Below are positions 62,021-64,000 of a stretch of DNA of 64,000 nt, one piece after another. Position numbers and translations under genes: made by a program. Every line of letters starts with the position of its first letter. Position 1 is the stretch's first letter. Below the pieces are notes generated by a model. It saw only the letters and a list, made by a program, of their open reading frames with translations. It did not search any database and was not told the origin of the DNA. Location of the stretch: positions 5,084,001 through 5,148,000 of the forward strand of contig NW_027361924.1 of the NCBI RefSeq assembly GCF_039654945.1, read 5' to 3'. This DNA is from Dendrobates tinctorius (Eukaryota).

Positions 62021-64000
62021 TTATTCATCATTGCTGCTTCCTCAGATTGTCAGCTCTTGTGATCAGGCCCCTGCTCCTCGCTCCGGTCTCTCCTGTACAG
62101 TGAGGCCTCATTATACCCCTGTATAAGGATCTAGTGACGCAGTGTAGACTGTTATCCGCATTGCGGCTTCCTCAGATTGTCAGCTCTTGTGATCAGGCTC
62201 CGGCTCCTCGCTCCGGTCTCTCTTGTACAGTGAGGCCTCATTCTCCACCTGTATGAGGATCTAGTGACGCAGTGAAGACTGTTATTCAGCATTGCTGTGT
62301 CCTCAGATTGTCAGCTCTTGTGATCAGGCTGCTGCTCCTCGCTCCGGTCTCTCCTGTACAGTGAGGCCTCATTATACCCCTGTATAAGGATCTAGTGACG
62401 CAGTGTAGACTGTTATTCCGCATTGCTGTTTCCTCAGATTGTCAGCTCTTGTGATCAGGCCCCTGCTCCTTGCTCCGGTCTCTCCTGTACAGTGAGGCCT
62501 CATTATACCCCTGTATAAGGATCTAGTGACGCAGTGTAGACTGTTATCCGCATTGCGGCTTCCTCAGATTGTCAGCTCTTGTGATCAGGCCCCGGCTCCT
62601 CGCTCCGGTCTCTCTTGTACAGTGAGGCCTCATTCTCCACCTGTATGAGGATCTAGTGACGCAGTGAAGACTGTTATTCAGCATTGCTGTGTCCTCAGAT
62701 TGTCAGCTCTTGTGATCAGGCTCCTGCTCCTCTCTCCGGTCTCTCCTGTACAGTGAGGCCTCATTATACCCCTGTATAAGGATCTAGTGACGCAGTGAAG
62801 ACTGTTATTCAGCATTGCTGTGTCCTCAGATTGTCAGCTCTTGTGATCAGGCTCCTGCTCCTCTCTCCGGTCTCTCCTGTACAGTGAGGCCTCATTATAC
62901 CCCTGTATAAGGATCTAGTGACGCAGTGTAGACTGTTATTCAGCATTGCTGTGTCCTCAGATTGTCAGCTCTTGTGATCAGGCTGCTGCTCCTCGCTCCG
63001 GTCTCTCCTGTACAGTGAGGCCTCATTATACCCCTGTATAAGGATCTAGTGACGCAGTGCAGACTGTTATTCAGCATTGCTGTTTCCTCAGATTGTCAGC
63101 TCTTGTGATCAGGCCTCTGCTCCTCGCTCCGGTCTCTCCTGTACAGTGAGGCCTCATTATACCCCTGTATAAGGATCTAGTGACGCAGTGCAGACTGTTA
63201 TTCAGCATTGCTGTCTCCTCAGATTGTCAGCTCTTGTGATCAGGCCCCTGCTCCTCGCTCCCCGTCTCTCCTGTACAGTGAGGCCTCATTATACCCCTGT
63301 ATAAGGATCTAGTGACGCAGTGTAGACTGTTATTCAGCATTGCTGCTTCCTCAGATTGTCAGCTCTTGTGATCAGGCCCCGGCTCCTCGCTCCGGTCTCT
63401 CTTGTACAGTGAGGCCTCATTCTCCACCTGTATGAGGATCTAGTGACGCAGTGAAGACTGTTATTCAGCATTGCTGTGTCCTCAGATTGTCAGCTGTTGT
63501 GATCAGGCCTCTGCTCCTCGCTCCGGTCTCTCCTGTACAGTGAGGCCTCATTATACCCCTGTATAAGGATCTAGTGACGCAGTGCAGACTGTTATTCAGC
63601 ATTGCTGTGTCCTCAGATTGTCGGCTCTTGTGATCAGGCCCCTGCTCCTTGCTCCGGTCTCTCCTGTACAGTGAGGCCTCATTATACACCTGTATAAGGA
63701 TCTAGTGACGCAGTGTAGACTGTTATTCAGCATTGCTGCTTCCTCAGATTGTCAGCTCTTGTGATCAGGCCCCTGCTCCTCGCTCCCTGTCTCTCCTGTA
63801 CAGTGAGGCCTCATTATACCCCTGTATAAGGCTCTAGTGACACAGTGTAGACTGTTATTCAGCATTGCTGTCTCCTCAGATTGTCAGCTCTTGTGATCAG
63901 GCCCCTGCTCCTCGCTCCCTGTCTCTCCTGTACAGTGAGGCCTCATTATACTCCTGTATAAGGATCTAGTGACACAGTGTAGACTGTTATTCAGCATTGC

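Larger units (their letters stand above)
56474..64000. repeat. 131-bp satellite array running to the window end, with a ~4.0-4.2-kb higher-order duplication
   Basis: GTGATCAGG recurs at 56474, 56605, 56736 (period 131). Identical MITE insertions are 4168 bp apart; a variant unit recurs at 59426/63465. Confidence 0.97.

Noticed and set aside
54104-64000. PLD6, expected downstream of FLCN from mammalian synteny
   Set aside because: No recognisable phospholipase D (HKD-motif) exon in the ORF track; it may lie beyond the satellite.
56474-64000. 131-bp array as tandem 5S/snRNA genes or a hammerhead-bearing satellite
   Set aside because: No 5S or tRNA internal promoter, and no complete CUGANGA...GAAA core with pairing stems (CTGAGGA occurs on the - strand without a properly placed GAAA).

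Overview
Vertebrate genomic DNA, most likely from a frog (inferred from the repeat repertoire). It carries three intact spliced genes in the same order and relative orientation as the human 17p11.2 cluster: NT5M (- strand, 5 coding exons, ~226 aa), COPS3 (+ strand, 12 exons, 423 aa) and FLCN (+ strand, a short 5' exon plus 11 coding exons, 577 aa). Introns and intergenic DNA are dominated by tandem arrays (units of 24, 33, 34, 35, 41-45, 47 and 131 bp) and by transposons: a full-length hAT, an inverted pair of L2 LINEs, a young Penelope-like element with a hammerhead ribozyme, a non-autonomous Helitron, a V-SINE, and Harbinger and TTAA-type MITEs. The main points for follow-up are (i) two copies of the COPS3 exon-2 splice acceptor trapped in the intron-1 satellite, each defining a frame-preserving 24-nt candidate micro-exon; (ii) a hAT transposase that is intact apart from a (GA)n slippage frameshift; (iii) variant hammerhead ribozymes antisense to FLCN; and (iv) a 131-bp satellite that appears to have grown inside nested transposons. 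Most long ORFs in the supplied track are artefacts of stop-free repeat units. No database searches were run; gene identities rest on recognition of the translated exons and on exon phases summing to intact frames.
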